Shown: one piece after another, positions 1 to 12,236 of the stretch
Numbering within the stretch: the first letter of the stretch is position 1
Layout: every line of letters begins with the position of its first letter
Assembly: GCA_040954595.2 (NCBI GenBank)
Contig: CM082576.2
Coordinates: forward strand, 17,221,028 to 17,285,027
Length of the DNA stretch: 64,000 nucleotides
Reading direction: 5' to 3'
Source of the DNA: Balanoglossus misakiensis
Lineage: Eukaryota > Animalia > Hemichordata
Translations under genes and position numbers: made by a program
The notes under the pieces: model-generated
The model's input: the letters and a program-made list of their open reading frames with translations, nothing else
The model's database searches: none
Told to the model about the DNA's origin: nothing

Positions 1-195
1 AATATCTAAACCCAAAACGTTTGTTTTTAAAATCTCTGAGATTGTTTTCTTTCTTTTCCTATAAATTTGCTAAATGTAAAACATATTCGATAGTAACAAT
101 TCTTTGAGAAGTTTGCCATCACTATATAGTTGTCTGTAGATTATTGCAATTTAAACCTGAAACATTACTCTCCTCCCGGCTATAGTTACACTTAC

Positions 196-329
196 CCATC
201 GATGCAGGTATTACATAAGTAATGACTACCGCACGATGCCAAACGCATAAAAGAATAATCCACGAAAGTGTTATCACATTTATGACAACGCCACCTATCG
301 ACGACATCGCGTTCTTCTCGAGAAGTCAT
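196..329 (-). CDS. TRAF-family gene, paralog 1, first coding exon (N-terminal part of RING); the rest lies left of the window
   Basis: ATG at 329 gives MTSREERDVVDRWRCHKCDNTFVDYSFMRLASCGSHYLCNTCID + GG|gtaagt donor. It is near-identical to exon 1 (27585-27718) of the complete TRAF copy. Confidence 0.8.
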
Positions 330-400
330 GCTTATTCTGGTCGGTCGATGTTGATCTGCGGGAGATGAAAGTAACAAGATTTGCTATTCATGAACTGGTA

Positions 401-492
401 TAGACTCTCTCACAGCCCACGATTCGCCGGCACATGCCATCAGTCCATAAGCCTGCATGGCCGGACGACGAGAGGGGCTGTGAGAGAGTCTA
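401..492. mobile_element. 92-bp non-autonomous AcademH-like element
   Basis: TIR TAGACTCTCTCACAGCCC..GGGCTGTGAGAGAGTCTA; 9-bp TSD GAACTGGTA (392-400/493-501); empty site in the paralog at about 27781. Family members at 47725 and 61732. Confidence 0.85.
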
Positions 493-1277
493 GAACTGGT
501 AGTCTAAACACCCTCCGCTAGACGACAGTTTAGAAGTGCAAAAAATGCAACAAAGAATTTTATCCTTGAAACTTGTTACACGTACACATCGGCACCCCCA
601 AATTAGACCCACTCTAAAGCCAGGTGTGAACATAGTGTTCTCAGGCTGTGTTCTGGAAATGTAATGGGTATGGTATAGTGGGTTGGTAGGGGTTTGAGCG
701 GAACTTCCGTCCCCCGAGGGCGCGCTCCTCTGGGAGTGAAAGGGAGCGACCTCAAACGACGGATTTGCCAACCCCGATGTAACGATTAGACTAGTCTCGG
801 TTACCCAGACTCCTTCGCGCGGGCAGAGAAGAGAGTCTGGGGACACGCCAGCAAAGCGACTGTAGAGCAAGATGGCGACTGCTGGAATTCCACTCAGGAT
901 CTGATTGGCTAGTTCCCAATTTGACCCGGGTCACTAGCTAGCATTGCTGAGTGATTGAGATCCTCCAATGATCTTTTCTCTGAGCTGCTCACACGAAAAC
1001 ACGTTCTTTTGCCATCTTTGAATTTTCTGCCTACACTAACGACAGATCTATGTGTTAAAATTACGTGTTTCGCCGCTGAGGCTAGCTAGTGACCCGGGTC
1101 AAATTGGGAACTAGCCAATCAGATCCTGAGTGGAATTCCAGCAGTCGCCATCTTGCTTTACAGTCGCTTTGCTGCCATGTCCCTAGTCTCGGTTACCCAG
1201 AGCCCTCTGCTTCTTCCGTTGGGCACTCCAGAAAGAGGGTCTGGGGAAACCCGGTAGACAAATCGCCAGGCGGAATC

Positions 1278-1655
1278 TTCGCTGAACACTGCGTCTCACG
1301 TGACTTGGCAAAAAGACGCGTCACGAAGATAGACGCAGATAAACGCCGACCGCCATTTTGAAAAGTGTTAGTTTTTTGACACTTTCCCGGAAGTGGCTAA
1401 TGTGCATACCAGCCAACATTTGTGTCAGTAGTTGTATTGATTTTAGCTTCACTTCCATCATAAACTGTTGGTTTTTTAAAAATATGTATATTCGGGAAGA
1501 CTAAAAATGAATGTCAAGAAACGCGACAGATTGAATGTAGCCCGGAAGTTATAGAACGTTCATTTATTAGCCAATCAGATTCCAAAATTCTAAATATGGC
1601 GGTTTGTGTTTACCTGCCTCTTTGGTGTTTGTCACCGAGGCAGGGTACCAGCCAA
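1278..1655. mobile_element. 378-bp 9-bp-TSD element C, inserted in the left TIR of B
   Basis: TSD GGCGGAATC (1269-1277/1656-1664). Removing it restores the match of B's left arm to its right arm. Imperfect TIRs TTCGCTG../..CAGCCAA. Confidence 0.75.
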
Positions 1656-1695
1656 GGCGGAATCGGGACAGCTGCGATGCATGACGGGAGATTAA

Positions 1696-3650
1696 AAGGT
1701 GGGTATCGTCCCGAAATAGCCTTTGTTGATAAACATTACTTTTACCCACAATGCACTGCAGAACCTGTGTGCGAGCTAGATAAAGATGGCCGCGATTTCT
1801 CTCGCATAAAGTCTAAAAAGGGGCCGTTCTACAAGTTGTGAGGCATTTTGTGGTGTTTTGGCGTCCCGTATGGACGAGGTGTGCTCGGTAACGGTTATCG
1901 GTCCACGAGTTTTGATTCAGAGACGGAAATTCTAGTCGAAATGACTGCCCAAAGATCGGTCGGGAATCGCCAGCTTTGCCCGGTATTTCGAGTGAGCAGG
2001 GCCGGCTGTGGTGAAGGTATCAGCCGTACGTCACACAGCCCTGCCATGCACAGAGGTTGGTCTCCACAATCAGCCTTTTGCTTCACACTGAAGTTGAACA
2101 TGAACCAAAATGTTTCTTTTAGTGACAAACCGTCCACTATTAAACAGTTCATCTGGAAAGTTTCGTGTATTTCTGACGGTGCGCCTTTATTTTGCAGCAA
2201 ATTTTATGATGATCGATATATGCCCGTGTAGTATATACGTAATACGAGAGAAAATAGCTCGTATAAATGAAAACGGCAGACACCAAAGACGGCCCACAAC
2301 AAAATCGACCTCGCTACGGACTGAAAGCACACCTTGGTATAAACCTTAGCTCAGTTCTTTGTCGATGTATTAATCTTTTATAGTACATTTATGTGTTTTA
2401 GCTGGCGTAAATCATCGCTGATCTGACCGCCTATTTGTAGGCCTATATCCGCACCTGAGCAATCGCTAGCAATTATCGCTGCCAATCCGAGCAGTTTTCT
2501 TCTCGGTTGATTACTACAAAGTCCTTCCCGTCGAACACCGTATATACTGGTACACAGTCGGTGACTGTGACTGGTAATTTGTACATCTTCATAAAATTTG
2601 CTTTCATCGCAGTCTTCCCCCATGAGCACGAGGCTTATTATCGTACACGGCAATGTTTGTTCTCTCTTCCGGGCCCAGCTTAGAAGCCGCCCGGTGTTCT
2701 GTGCGCGTCAGCTGCACTGACCCAGCCAATCCACCAAGGACGGTACACATTTATTTGTTAATCAAGTTCATACACTACACACATCCGTACAAAAAAGTGA
2801 ATCAGACACTTGTTATACGAATTACCCTAACATAAACACAGTTTTATTTGCTTAGTCTAATAATTACATGTAGTTCAACTATATAACAGTGGAAATTTCA
2901 ACAGGGGCTGGAGACGCATCTTTCCAATGTTAGCTTCAAGTTGAATTGTGACTTGTGACAGATTGATCTGAAACAAAGATCGAGAAACATATATCAGCAT
3001 GACCTAATATCATAAAAACTTAGAGAATGTCCTCGATAAAAAAAAAGAATTATATGACGAAGCCATACAAGGACATTGTCCAACACTAGCCTTGCGTACA
3101 GCGATGTGCGTTCCCGGGCAGCGTCACACATAGCCCGGCATTGTACAGCCTCCATCGTGTAATGACGGGAGGCCGCGTGAATTCTGGAACACACAGGAGG
3201 GCTACAACATAGTTGTTACAGTGAGTAGCTTCAATGTAGGGGCCTACTTTTACCGGTAGTTCACAGACAAGTGACGGACGAACCTCTCAATTGTCACAGA
3301 CACTCACCTATCTGTTGTGGGCCATACGGCTGTTTCTGTCGCTTGTGTTGTTGTCTCCAAACGCTGTTCAAAGCGATTGCGTGCTGCAGCGACTGGACAG
3401 AAGTGCTTGACATCATGCGGTACACAGCCTTCTCTCACAAAAAATCAGAAAGGCTTTCGGCACTGAAATTTCTGCTGTAAATTCGGAATTTGAATGGTGA
3501 TCATAGTCTAAGAGTTATTCGTCATTCGCACATAATTATGGGATTTCTGAGCTCATCGCACGTCGCGTTGCTAGAGAGGCCCCAGTCGCGTTGCCAGAGA
3601 GTCCCACGCAAGGGCGCCCTCACAGGTTCATAGGTGACGAGCCTCGCCCT
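1696..3650 (+). mobile_element. 1955-bp non-autonomous TTAA-target DNA transposon (Kolobok-like), copy 1
   Basis: TTAA on both sides; imperfect 17-bp TIR AAGGTGGGTATCGTCCC vs AGGGCGAGGCTCGTCAC; reverse complement of 13945-15899 (mirror ORF coordinates sum to 17595 with identical translations). Confidence 0.85.
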
Positions 3651-4511
3651 TTAATATTCGATACGATATTATGATATGTCGATATTAGAAAACTATTTAC
3701 CAAACTTCTCTCTCTCTTTTCAATTTGTATACAGTTTTAGCAGGTCTAGCACTTCTCAGCATGTTTTCTTTATCGTATGTCATACATGTCGGCCGTGAGG
3801 TTCGCGCGCAGGACGTCGCCATTTTGGAATATTAATCTCCCGTCATGCATCGCAGCTGTCCCGATTCCGCCTGGCGATTTGTCTACCGGGTTTTCCCAGA
3901 CCCTCTTTCTGGAGTGCCCAACGGAAGAAGCAGAGGGCTCTGGGTAACCGAGACTACCATGTCCCCAGACTCTCTTCTCTGCCCGCGCGAAGGAGTCTGG
4001 GTAACCGAGACTACGATTAGACTTGATGTCTATGGGCTTCATTTACATAGGGAACGCGTAGCTACCCGAAACCACAAGTTCAGTCCCAAATTCGAAACTC
4101 ACCTCACTACCAAAAACACGCTCAAGGCAAGCATGCACGCAAAAAGTATTGAAATTATTTATTAAGACAAAAAAACACCGATAACACAAAAAGTATTGAG
4201 ATTTAAAAATCACCAAGCGACTAGTGGGCTAGTCTACTGCATGACCTGCTTAGACTAGCACCATGTCATCTGGACAAGACTGAAAGATGGCATGATTCAG
4301 TCCTGTGCGGGCGCTCTGGCTTACCAGGTACAAGCCCAGGGTCATCGGCATTGCCGGAGCGCCCGCACAGGACTGAATCTTTCAGGCACACGTCATCATG
4401 TCAAACTATATGAGTTTATTATGCAAATCATTACTACGAAATATACAGTTTCGCGGAATCGTGGGATTACAACGAATTGTTTACTTGCTAACAGTCTTGT
4501 TGTTCACTCTA

Positions 4512-4564
4512 CCAATGAGAAAGCTTAGTTTCCCCGCGTGATGCAGTCACGTGACGGGAATTCC
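4512..4564 (+). promoter_or_regulatory. Candidate promoter cluster: CCAAT, GTCACGTGAC E-box, kB-like GGGAATTCC
   Basis: CCAAT 4512, GTCACGTGAC 4546-4555, GGGAATTCC 4556-4564; retained in the paralog at 28337-28389; lies between the TRAF start and the TLR-like relic. Confidence 0.4.
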
Positions 4565-4619
4565 AAGTATCAGGCTGAACTATGTAAGCAACAGTCTGGG
4601 TCGTCGCATTCGTAGGATG

Positions 4620-7200
4620 TCAGGCGTCGTACAGTGCGATAAAAAAGAACAAAAAAGAAATTCAAGTGTTCTAGTAAAACAATTACACAAGACAATAAAT
4701 CTGTACACGAAGCTTAAGAACACATAGGGGTCTTCAACGAAAGCGAGGGTTTGGTTTCGTGTTTTTCATACGTGTTGGAGATTTACATGTTGCAGCCCCC
4801 CCCCCCCCCCCCGTTTGAAATGATGTGGGCCATGTGTATTTTTGGAATAAACCTAGAGTTTTCTTTCGTTTTGATTTCGAGGAAAAAGTACAGTGACATT
4901 CTTTATGCTGTATTTTTGCCGGAACGCCATATTGGCCTTCAGTTCAACGTGTGGACGTTTGCTACTCTGAAACGGACGTACATTTGCGACGTGACATTCA
5001 TCGCTTCCGCGATTGGTATACATGTACTACAGTGTTCATCGCGCTTCGGAAACCTGTAAAGTTTGCGCGTCGGTCGGTTTGGCCTCATTTCTCATTTCAG
5101 TGTGTCCGGCACAGTTACATATATTGGTAAGCCCTATTTCGCTTCAAAATACATGTTATTTGAAACTTGACTGCCTCACTGAGTTGTGTCAAATCTGGTA
5201 TTTGATGTGTTTTTCGAGATATGGGCGTATATCTCTCAACTTGTCTAATCAGCTGGATAAGTGTGTCATGATCTACAGCATACACTGATGCCCTGTGCAG
5301 CTCTGGAAATTTCTTTCGTTTTTCCCCCAGCCATTTTACGAATCATTCATTGTGCGTTCTGGACATTCTGACAGCATTGATTTCATTGTACACTTCAGCG
5401 CATACTTCCAACTGAAGCAATAGCAATTGTCTGTGTATACAGAGTGTGTCTAAGGGACAATAGTACGCGTGCATACCACACCTTGTGTAGACGCGCTTGA
5501 TTTTATGTGCCACATTGTTAACAACATGATTTGTAATGGGTCTTTACCACATAAAGCAGTGAAAGTTGGGTAGCTGGTTTAAGGTGACGCTGATCGCACA
5601 CCGTCGTGGTGATCATCATATTATAATATCTGTTGGGCAGACCAATGTTGACATGCACCTGGCGAGCGCCCTCTTTATTTAGGCGTAAACGTTCTCATAA
5701 AAAGATGAGGAAGTTTTCAAATGATACGCCGCAGAACACTGCCATGGACATACGCCTGCAAATCTGTTGCTGTTGTTCCTACCGTACCATTTTCGTTAAT
5801 TAGACACGACCAAGTCATGCGAATCGAAGCTCGTGTCGTTTATGGCAGACAGCAGGTCGTTCAGACGCGGTCTGCACGGCTTTGAATGAATATTTATCAG
5901 AAAAAATACAAACAATAAATTGTATGTAAATAATATATGACCATCTCCCCCCCCCCCCCCCCCGCACGTCCGAAATAAACATTGGGAAGCCAACGCAAAT
6001 ATGATGATCCGCTTTCATGGGCTCGTCGAGCTGAGAATGGGATACATGTATTGCTATTTTACGTCAATGAGACTGTTGCTGGTTGATTTTTAATTTAAAA
6101 CAAACGTAAAAAATGATTAATTGGAAGACAGTACAGAACATCAGTTTGGTTAAATCACTTCTTGTGGTTTCGCCACGATAGTGCACGTGATAGTGCACGT
6201 GACTCGTGCAATGCACGATGGTGCCGATGTATGCGGTATTTACTTGCAGGTCTTTCTTGCACTGCCACTGACAAGCGGTACGGCCAAGCCTACCCACGAC
6301 GCCTGCTTGTCCTCATATTGAACGATAACCGGTGTGCGCGAACACGGTCAGTCCATGCCACAAACCACGATGGGAATGATAGTGAAGTAGGGCCTATAAT
6401 GTTGATTAGAGGAATGGTTTGTGTTTGTTTCATGCTACACTGTACACATGGTTTTTGCCAAGGCTTGCGGACGAGTGTGTGTGTTCCCGGCGTTGTGGCG
6501 GCCTAACGCGCGCCGCGAACACACACACCAGGTTTTTGCCATGGACTACCTCCATAGTCTTGCCAAACGTCGTACTGTTGAGTCATTGAGCGAGTCTCAG
6601 CGATCGACCGATTTACAGGCTAGAGTTGGTCGGGGTAGGGATAGCCTTGCTCCAGGTCCATGGGCGTCATTATCTCATAATAAATATACATTTTCAGAAA
6701 ATTTTGTTCCGAGTCTCTCTATGTAGCGTGTGTGGCGACGGTAACTGATACCAGAAGCCAAGCTTTCCGAATGCGAAACTCAGCTAAGTACCAGAAACTC
6801 GCTCAAAGCTAGGAAATACACGAAAGTATTGAGATAGAGATTAATATAAAGACAAAAAATCACCAAGCAACTAGTGGCAACAACGAGGGTAGGGAGGCCC
6901 ATGCCGTTTTGTGTGTTATCCTTCGGGGACATGGCGGTGGAGGCGGAGGAACGTAACCGCCGCGCCAAGTAAAGTCGACACTGCACTACAGCCGACCGTT
7001 CACTAAAATGACGCAAATATGCAAAAGAAATGGGCCGCGAGGATTGCAATCGCATCACAGCATGGCAAAGTCATGATGCCCACCCACACCTTCAAATTCA
7101 ATTTCAAGTTAGGATTGTTGCGGAAGTCTAGTATTAAGCGAATGTCACAATACACATAAAGTATATACGTGATTCATCAAGAGATATGATGCCAAGGCAC
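4620..7200 (+). pseudogene. Heavily decayed Toll-like receptor-like (LRR-LRRCT-TM-TIR) pseudogene, copy 1
   Basis: Colinear plus-strand motifs across frameshifts: RFGNL*SLRV (~5042), ISLNLSNQL (~5230), SLCVLDI (5347), QLKQ*QLS (5409), LYLGVNVL (5673), LLVLILNDNR (6303); LRRCT-like EEWF..VCVFPAL; a hydrophobic TM-like stretch followed by IYRL; then TIR-like SLYVAC and FCVLSFGDM..SR..KYAKEMGRED (from 6901). Confidence 0.55.
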
Positions 7201-8509
7201 GGTTCGCTGTGCACTGCGACGGCGACTTTTTTTCACGCCGTCAGTTTTCAGTAATTGTAATGTCTGTGACAACGTGTGAATGACATTATTAGAACTTACC
7301 AAGTAGAATGGGAACTCAAAAACAGCCTGCCAGAATGCTAGAAATCTCCTTCGGTACACACCGACGCAACAACACCGATGTTTCTACTGTTACTAAAATA
7401 TTTGTAGGCCACCGTTAGCAGCGCTGTTTGCAACGATGCAGTGCACGAACGACATTTGCCCTTCTTTCTGTCGGCTGATCGAGTTGATGCGAAAATAAGA
7501 ATGGCTGCAATTATCAGCCTGAAGAAAGTCTCAGTCTCGACTTACTTTATAACTCAACGGCGATGGTGTGACGGTTATCATTAATTTTCTTCGTGAGCCA
7601 AATAAGTTCCTTGACTCGCCGGGGACGTGATGATCATAGGACATGCACAGTGCAGTGTCTAACGTGATATATTGTGGAAATACTAAAATATTACAAGTAG
7701 TCGGGGTGGGCGGAGCTCCTGAACACGTGCCGTTGTTATGTCCTCCATGGTTGGCCTGGCACGTACATGTATACAGTGTTGTACCTATGATGTGTCCTGA
7801 AGGCTGACTGAATGAAATGCCAGAATAGTTATTCAAATTCCCGCAGCTCCTCTGAACACGTGATGTTGGTTTGATTGCAGATAGGACTGGTGCCAAATCT
7901 AGTGTGGGTTGGCAAGTTAACCCGAACAGCCGTAGCTGATGCGAATCTTACGGTTGATATAGCCAATAAAATAAACTAACTAAATTGCAGAGGCGTGTAC
8001 CTTGCAATTTACCAGATTCTGTTGCATTGATATCAAGTGAGAAAGTGACATCCTTGATTATATAGTACTATAAACAGAAGATTTTCTGTAAATTACCAAA
8101 TAGCTGACTACCTTTGCTGTCATGTCAAGTCATTTTGTGACAATTTGCAGTGACGACGGAGAAACCGCAGAGTCATTTGCATACTGCACAGCACTTATGT
8201 CGAGAACAAACAAACGACGCGCTCATCACTAATTTATTAACCCTTAGGCTACGGGTGACCGTGTTGGTCGGAATGATAGCTCACTCTGTGATAAATTATG
8301 GGCTGCTAATGACAGGCCTATAGGTTTGGCCCGCTCTTTGATCTCATGCGCAGAACTCGTGTAAAATTTAAGTCGGTTTTACGGGCGTGTAGAAGAGATG
8401 AAAACTTAGCCAGGGCCCATGCTAATGGCCAACAACTTGACGCAAGGGGGGCTCACGTAAGTATTGGCAGTCTATACCACTCGTAGTTGTTTATCGTCGC
8501 TTCTGACCA

Positions 8510-9272
8510 GTGTAGGTGGCTGCACCGGTCATGAAAATGTTGCCGATATGTGGAAACAACATTATGAAAGTTTGTTGAATTCTGTTTCGAACTGTCGTGA
8601 TAGAGCATTTGTATTGTCATCGTTAAATGAAACTGGTTCCCACAATGCCATGGTTGTTACTGCGATGGAACTAAAAGGGTGTATTAATAAGCTTGAGAAG
8701 GCAAAGGCATTGGGCTATGATGGTCTTGGTGCCGAACATCTCATGTATGCAAGTCCAATCTTTTGCGTTATGTTGAGTTTATGTTTTACTAGTTTTTTTA
8801 CACATGGTTATTTACCCGAGACTTTAATGCACGCCATTATTTGTCCTATTGTGAAGGATAAATCCAAAGATCTTACTTCTGTGGATAATTATAGGCCCAT
8901 TGCAATTGTCACGGCCATCTCGAAAGTTCTGGAACTTTGTGTTCTATCTCGTATTGATTTACTTTTAGATACAAGCAATTTACAGTTTGGTTTCAAAAGT
9001 AATCACTCCACCGACATGTGTATCTTTGTTCTCAAAGAAATTGTTGACTTTTATAAAAGGCATGATACGCTAGTTTACCTCTGTTTAATGGATGCTACGA
9101 AAGCTTTTGATAGGGTGAACCACTGGACTTTGTTTAGAAAATTGATTAACTGCAAGATACCTTTTTTTATTATTCGTATTTTACAATATTGATATAGTAA
9201 ATTCAATGCTTTTCTGTGCGCTGGGCATCTGCAATTTCTAATTCCTTCAGTTTTATTAACGGTGTACGTCAA
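8510..9272 (+). mobile_element. LINE reverse transcriptase fragment (RTE-X-like), disrupted
   Basis: ORF 8464-9192: NYRPIAI, QFGFKSNHSTDMCIFVLKE, MDATKAFDRVNH; then a stop, a frameshift and NGVRQ, where it is truncated. Confidence 0.9.
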
Positions 9273-10044
9273 GATGACGGTCGTGAAATATCTCTACCTG
9301 TACCTCCAACCAGTATCCCCGTGCAGTTTAAGCGTGTTGAATTCAAAGACAAATATATAGATTGGTGTAAAATGGACGATTGTGTCCGAAGGTGTATCAG
9401 GAGTAGTGATATCAGATTGTATCAGTCGACTGGAATTGATACTTGAGCCATCGCGTAAAAAGGGTTTATTTACACGTTTCAAAGACAAAATAGACCCGAC
9501 CGAATCACCCAAAGTTATCAAATTGAGTCAAATACTAACAGAGTCTGCGTTCACGAGAATGTTGAAGGAGACTGGTTGGGACCCAAGGTTTCCTGACGAA
9601 TTCGACAAAGGATGTCACGCTGTTTTCATATACACTCGATCATTCGATATGTGTCGGACGCAGTAAATTAAAGCCTCTAGAGCTGCCACTTTTTGCATTA
9701 TTTTCATGATTTTATTTTCTAACTTAGATTGGTACATTGAAATAAGCTTACTGATAGGTATACATGAACACATTATCGATTCCCATTTGTGACTGCATGT
9801 TGCAATTTGGACATGATATGTATTAAAACGGTGCCACACCGATTTAATCAGCCTCCATACAAACAGGATGCAGCTATCGTGGTATCCGTCGCCAAGAGAT
9901 GACAAACTGATGCAAATGCAAGTAATACGGCTTAATGGTGAGGATTTTAGAGGATATATAATTGAAGTATTTTATTGTGGAAAAATGTGTGAAATTTGAC
10001 AGCTCCAGAGGCTTTAATTTAATGACTGAAATGTTTGTGTTGGA

Positions 10045-11150
10045 GCGCAACGATACAATGCTCGAGCGATGTTTGCCCGTCATTCTGCAGGGCGGCTGAT
10101 GTTGATGCGAAAATAAGAATGGCTGCAATTACCAGCCTGAAGAAAGTTTCGACTTTCTGGACTCAACGGCGACGGAGTGATGGTTGCCATGAATTTTCTT
10201 CGTAAGTCTGGTCAAAGCTCCTCGACTCCGACTCGCCGGAGACGCAATGAGGATGGTGTCTGATTCTACTGTGCTGGCACGCATGCGATCACATGCATGT
10301 ACAGTGTATTGGCTAATGTCAGTGACTGTGTTGTGAAAGACTGGATAGTGTTTTGAATGCGGTAGGCACTATATGCTACGACGTTTGTTTGAGAATTTCC
10401 CGCGGGTTGTGCTCGTAGCGGTCCAGGGCACTCATTCAACAGGTGGCCGTTAAATAGCCGAGCGATTCAGATTGTGAATAAGCCAAGCTGGCATAAACAC
10501 GCGTGTACTCGGCTCGTGTATTCTGCGCAGACTAAATGATAGCTCCCATAGGCCTGTAACTGTTATGTTGGCAGCTATACAGATAGAAGAATAGTAAACT
10601 ATGGCACCTGCAAAATATGCCATTCATTCCAAATACCCCAGAATTGTTATCGTGTACACAGGCTATTTCACAGCCAAAATTAGTAAAAACCATTTAACGT
10701 ATATACCGATACCACTAGTATTCAATTAACCTATTACATGTAGTTAGCGACATCATAAAACGTTATTCTTATTGTGATACAAAAACGTAGACGGTGATCG
10801 ATCGGATCTTTATAACAATTATCTACAATCACTACTCGACGTGGGATTGTGCAAATGGGGCATTCAAAGTTTTTGAGTGATGCGATGACGTTGTAACAAG
10901 AGTACGTGTGTACACTTCAAAAATTGACGGAAGAAATTACCGGTATGAATCGTTCAGACTTGGTTTAAAATAACAGCAATTTGCTGGCGCAATCAAAATT
11001 CATCGATGAGCTATGATAATTCGAAGAAGTTTTGAGTAATTAATATTTTTTCAATACATACCGCCAAATCCTTAGAATATCCCTTGTCGCACTCGAGCAG
11101 AATGTGTTCCCCTCGGCGAAATTCCGGTTACTGCTGATTACTGTACCTAT
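10045..11150 (+). repeat. Duplicated block (pairs with 19560-20640, 37530-37712 plus 39133-39350; diverged copy near 7470-7640)
   Basis: Direct sequence identity, e.g. acgatacaatgctcgagcgatgtttgcccgtcattctgcagggcggctg at about 10050, 19562 and 37533. Confidence 0.9.
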
Positions 11151-11593
11151 ACCGTGGATGAGCGTATAAACACCGTGAAACGCGCAAATCGGTAGCTCTT
11201 ATTGGCTGCCAGGTCATCAATCAATGTCAGAGGCGTTGCAATTTTTCACACTGCTGGACCGCCCCTGGTAGGCCTACATGTCTTAGTGACGTAATAATAA
11301 TAATAATAATGCTTTTACTCTCGATTCAAAAAAGAAAGATATTTCACATGAGAAAAGAAGAAGAAACAAAAATGTACAAACTAACGCAACAAAATATATA
11401 AACACAGGTTTGGGAAAACACGAGAGTGGAAAATAGTTGGTTGACAACTAATCGAGGCCACCCCCTCGATCTACATTATGAATGAACATAATACATGTAA
11501 GCCCCAGAGTCATCAATCAATGTCAGAGGGGCAATTTAAATTTTCACGCTGCTATAGTAGTAGCCAAATGCCGGGGATGCGTAGAGTGTTGGA

Positions 11594-12058
11594 GGAGCTA
11601 TCCGCACAGGAGAATTAGGCGTTCTTTTCGGGGAAACAAACAAACAAACAAACAAATAAAAATTAAGAAACAACAACCACCGTCTTTTGAATTGAGCCAT
11701 CGGCTCGCGTGATCGAGCAGCTGACACAAGAAGTGGCTTGTGTCAACGGTCCCTTCCGTATGCTACTAGCTTAGTATATTGGTATATAGCGGGAAGGCGT
11801 TCAACTCCCTGAAAACTGCTCGACACGGTTGAACATTCGCCGTATTTTAGCCTAAGACTAATTTTTTGTCAACTTCAAAATTTCTACCCCATTTCTTAAC
11901 ATCGATAAACAGACTATCGATTTATCTGTCTCAGCTCTCTTACTACCATGACTACTCGTTGTCGCTAGCGCGTAAAATGTTCCAATCGCAGTTTTTGAGG
12001 CGCGTACCTGGCCCTAGGTCAACCAAGATACAAATTTCGAATTTTTTAAAAAGTCTCA
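11594..12058. mobile_element. Interspersed repeat with an internal (AAAC)n microsatellite, possibly a Helentron-associated non-autonomous element; copies at 40297-40790 and 45840-45985
   Basis: Shared ggagctatccgcacagg..ggggaaacaaacaaac..accaccgtc; an inverted partial copy follows at 12070-12175. Classification is inferred. Confidence 0.6.
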
Positions 12059-12236
12059 AAAATCGCGGACTGGGCGGCTCAATTCAACACACCGCGTTGT
12101 TTATCATGACGGTGGTTGTTGTTTGTTTCTTTCTTTCTTTCGTTCGTGCGTTCTTTCTTTCTTTCTTTCTTTCTTTATACATTTGACTAATTTATGAGCT
12201 ATGGATAGTGTAACTCTAAACACCGCAATGCTTTAA

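Larger units (their letters stand above)
1184..3956. mobile_element. Non-autonomous AcademH-like element B, inserted in the right TIR of A
   Basis: TIR TAGTCTCGGTTACCCAGAGCCCTCTG..; 9-bp TSD CCATGTCCC (1175-1183/3957-3965). Confidence 0.85.
792..4013. mobile_element. Non-autonomous AcademH-like element A (outer element of the nested stack)
   Basis: Long TIRs TAGTCTCGGTTACCCAGACTCCTTCGCGCGGGC..; 9-bp TSD CGATTAGAC (783-791/4014-4022). A related, left-truncated copy lies at about 34906-35332. Confidence 0.85.
1..7715 (+). repeat. Segmental duplication unit, left copy (pairs with 27394-32024)
   Basis: Base 1 aatatctaaacccaaaacg matches 27394. The copies are colinear to about 7715/32024 apart from copy-specific TE insertions and deletions. 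Confidence 0.95.
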
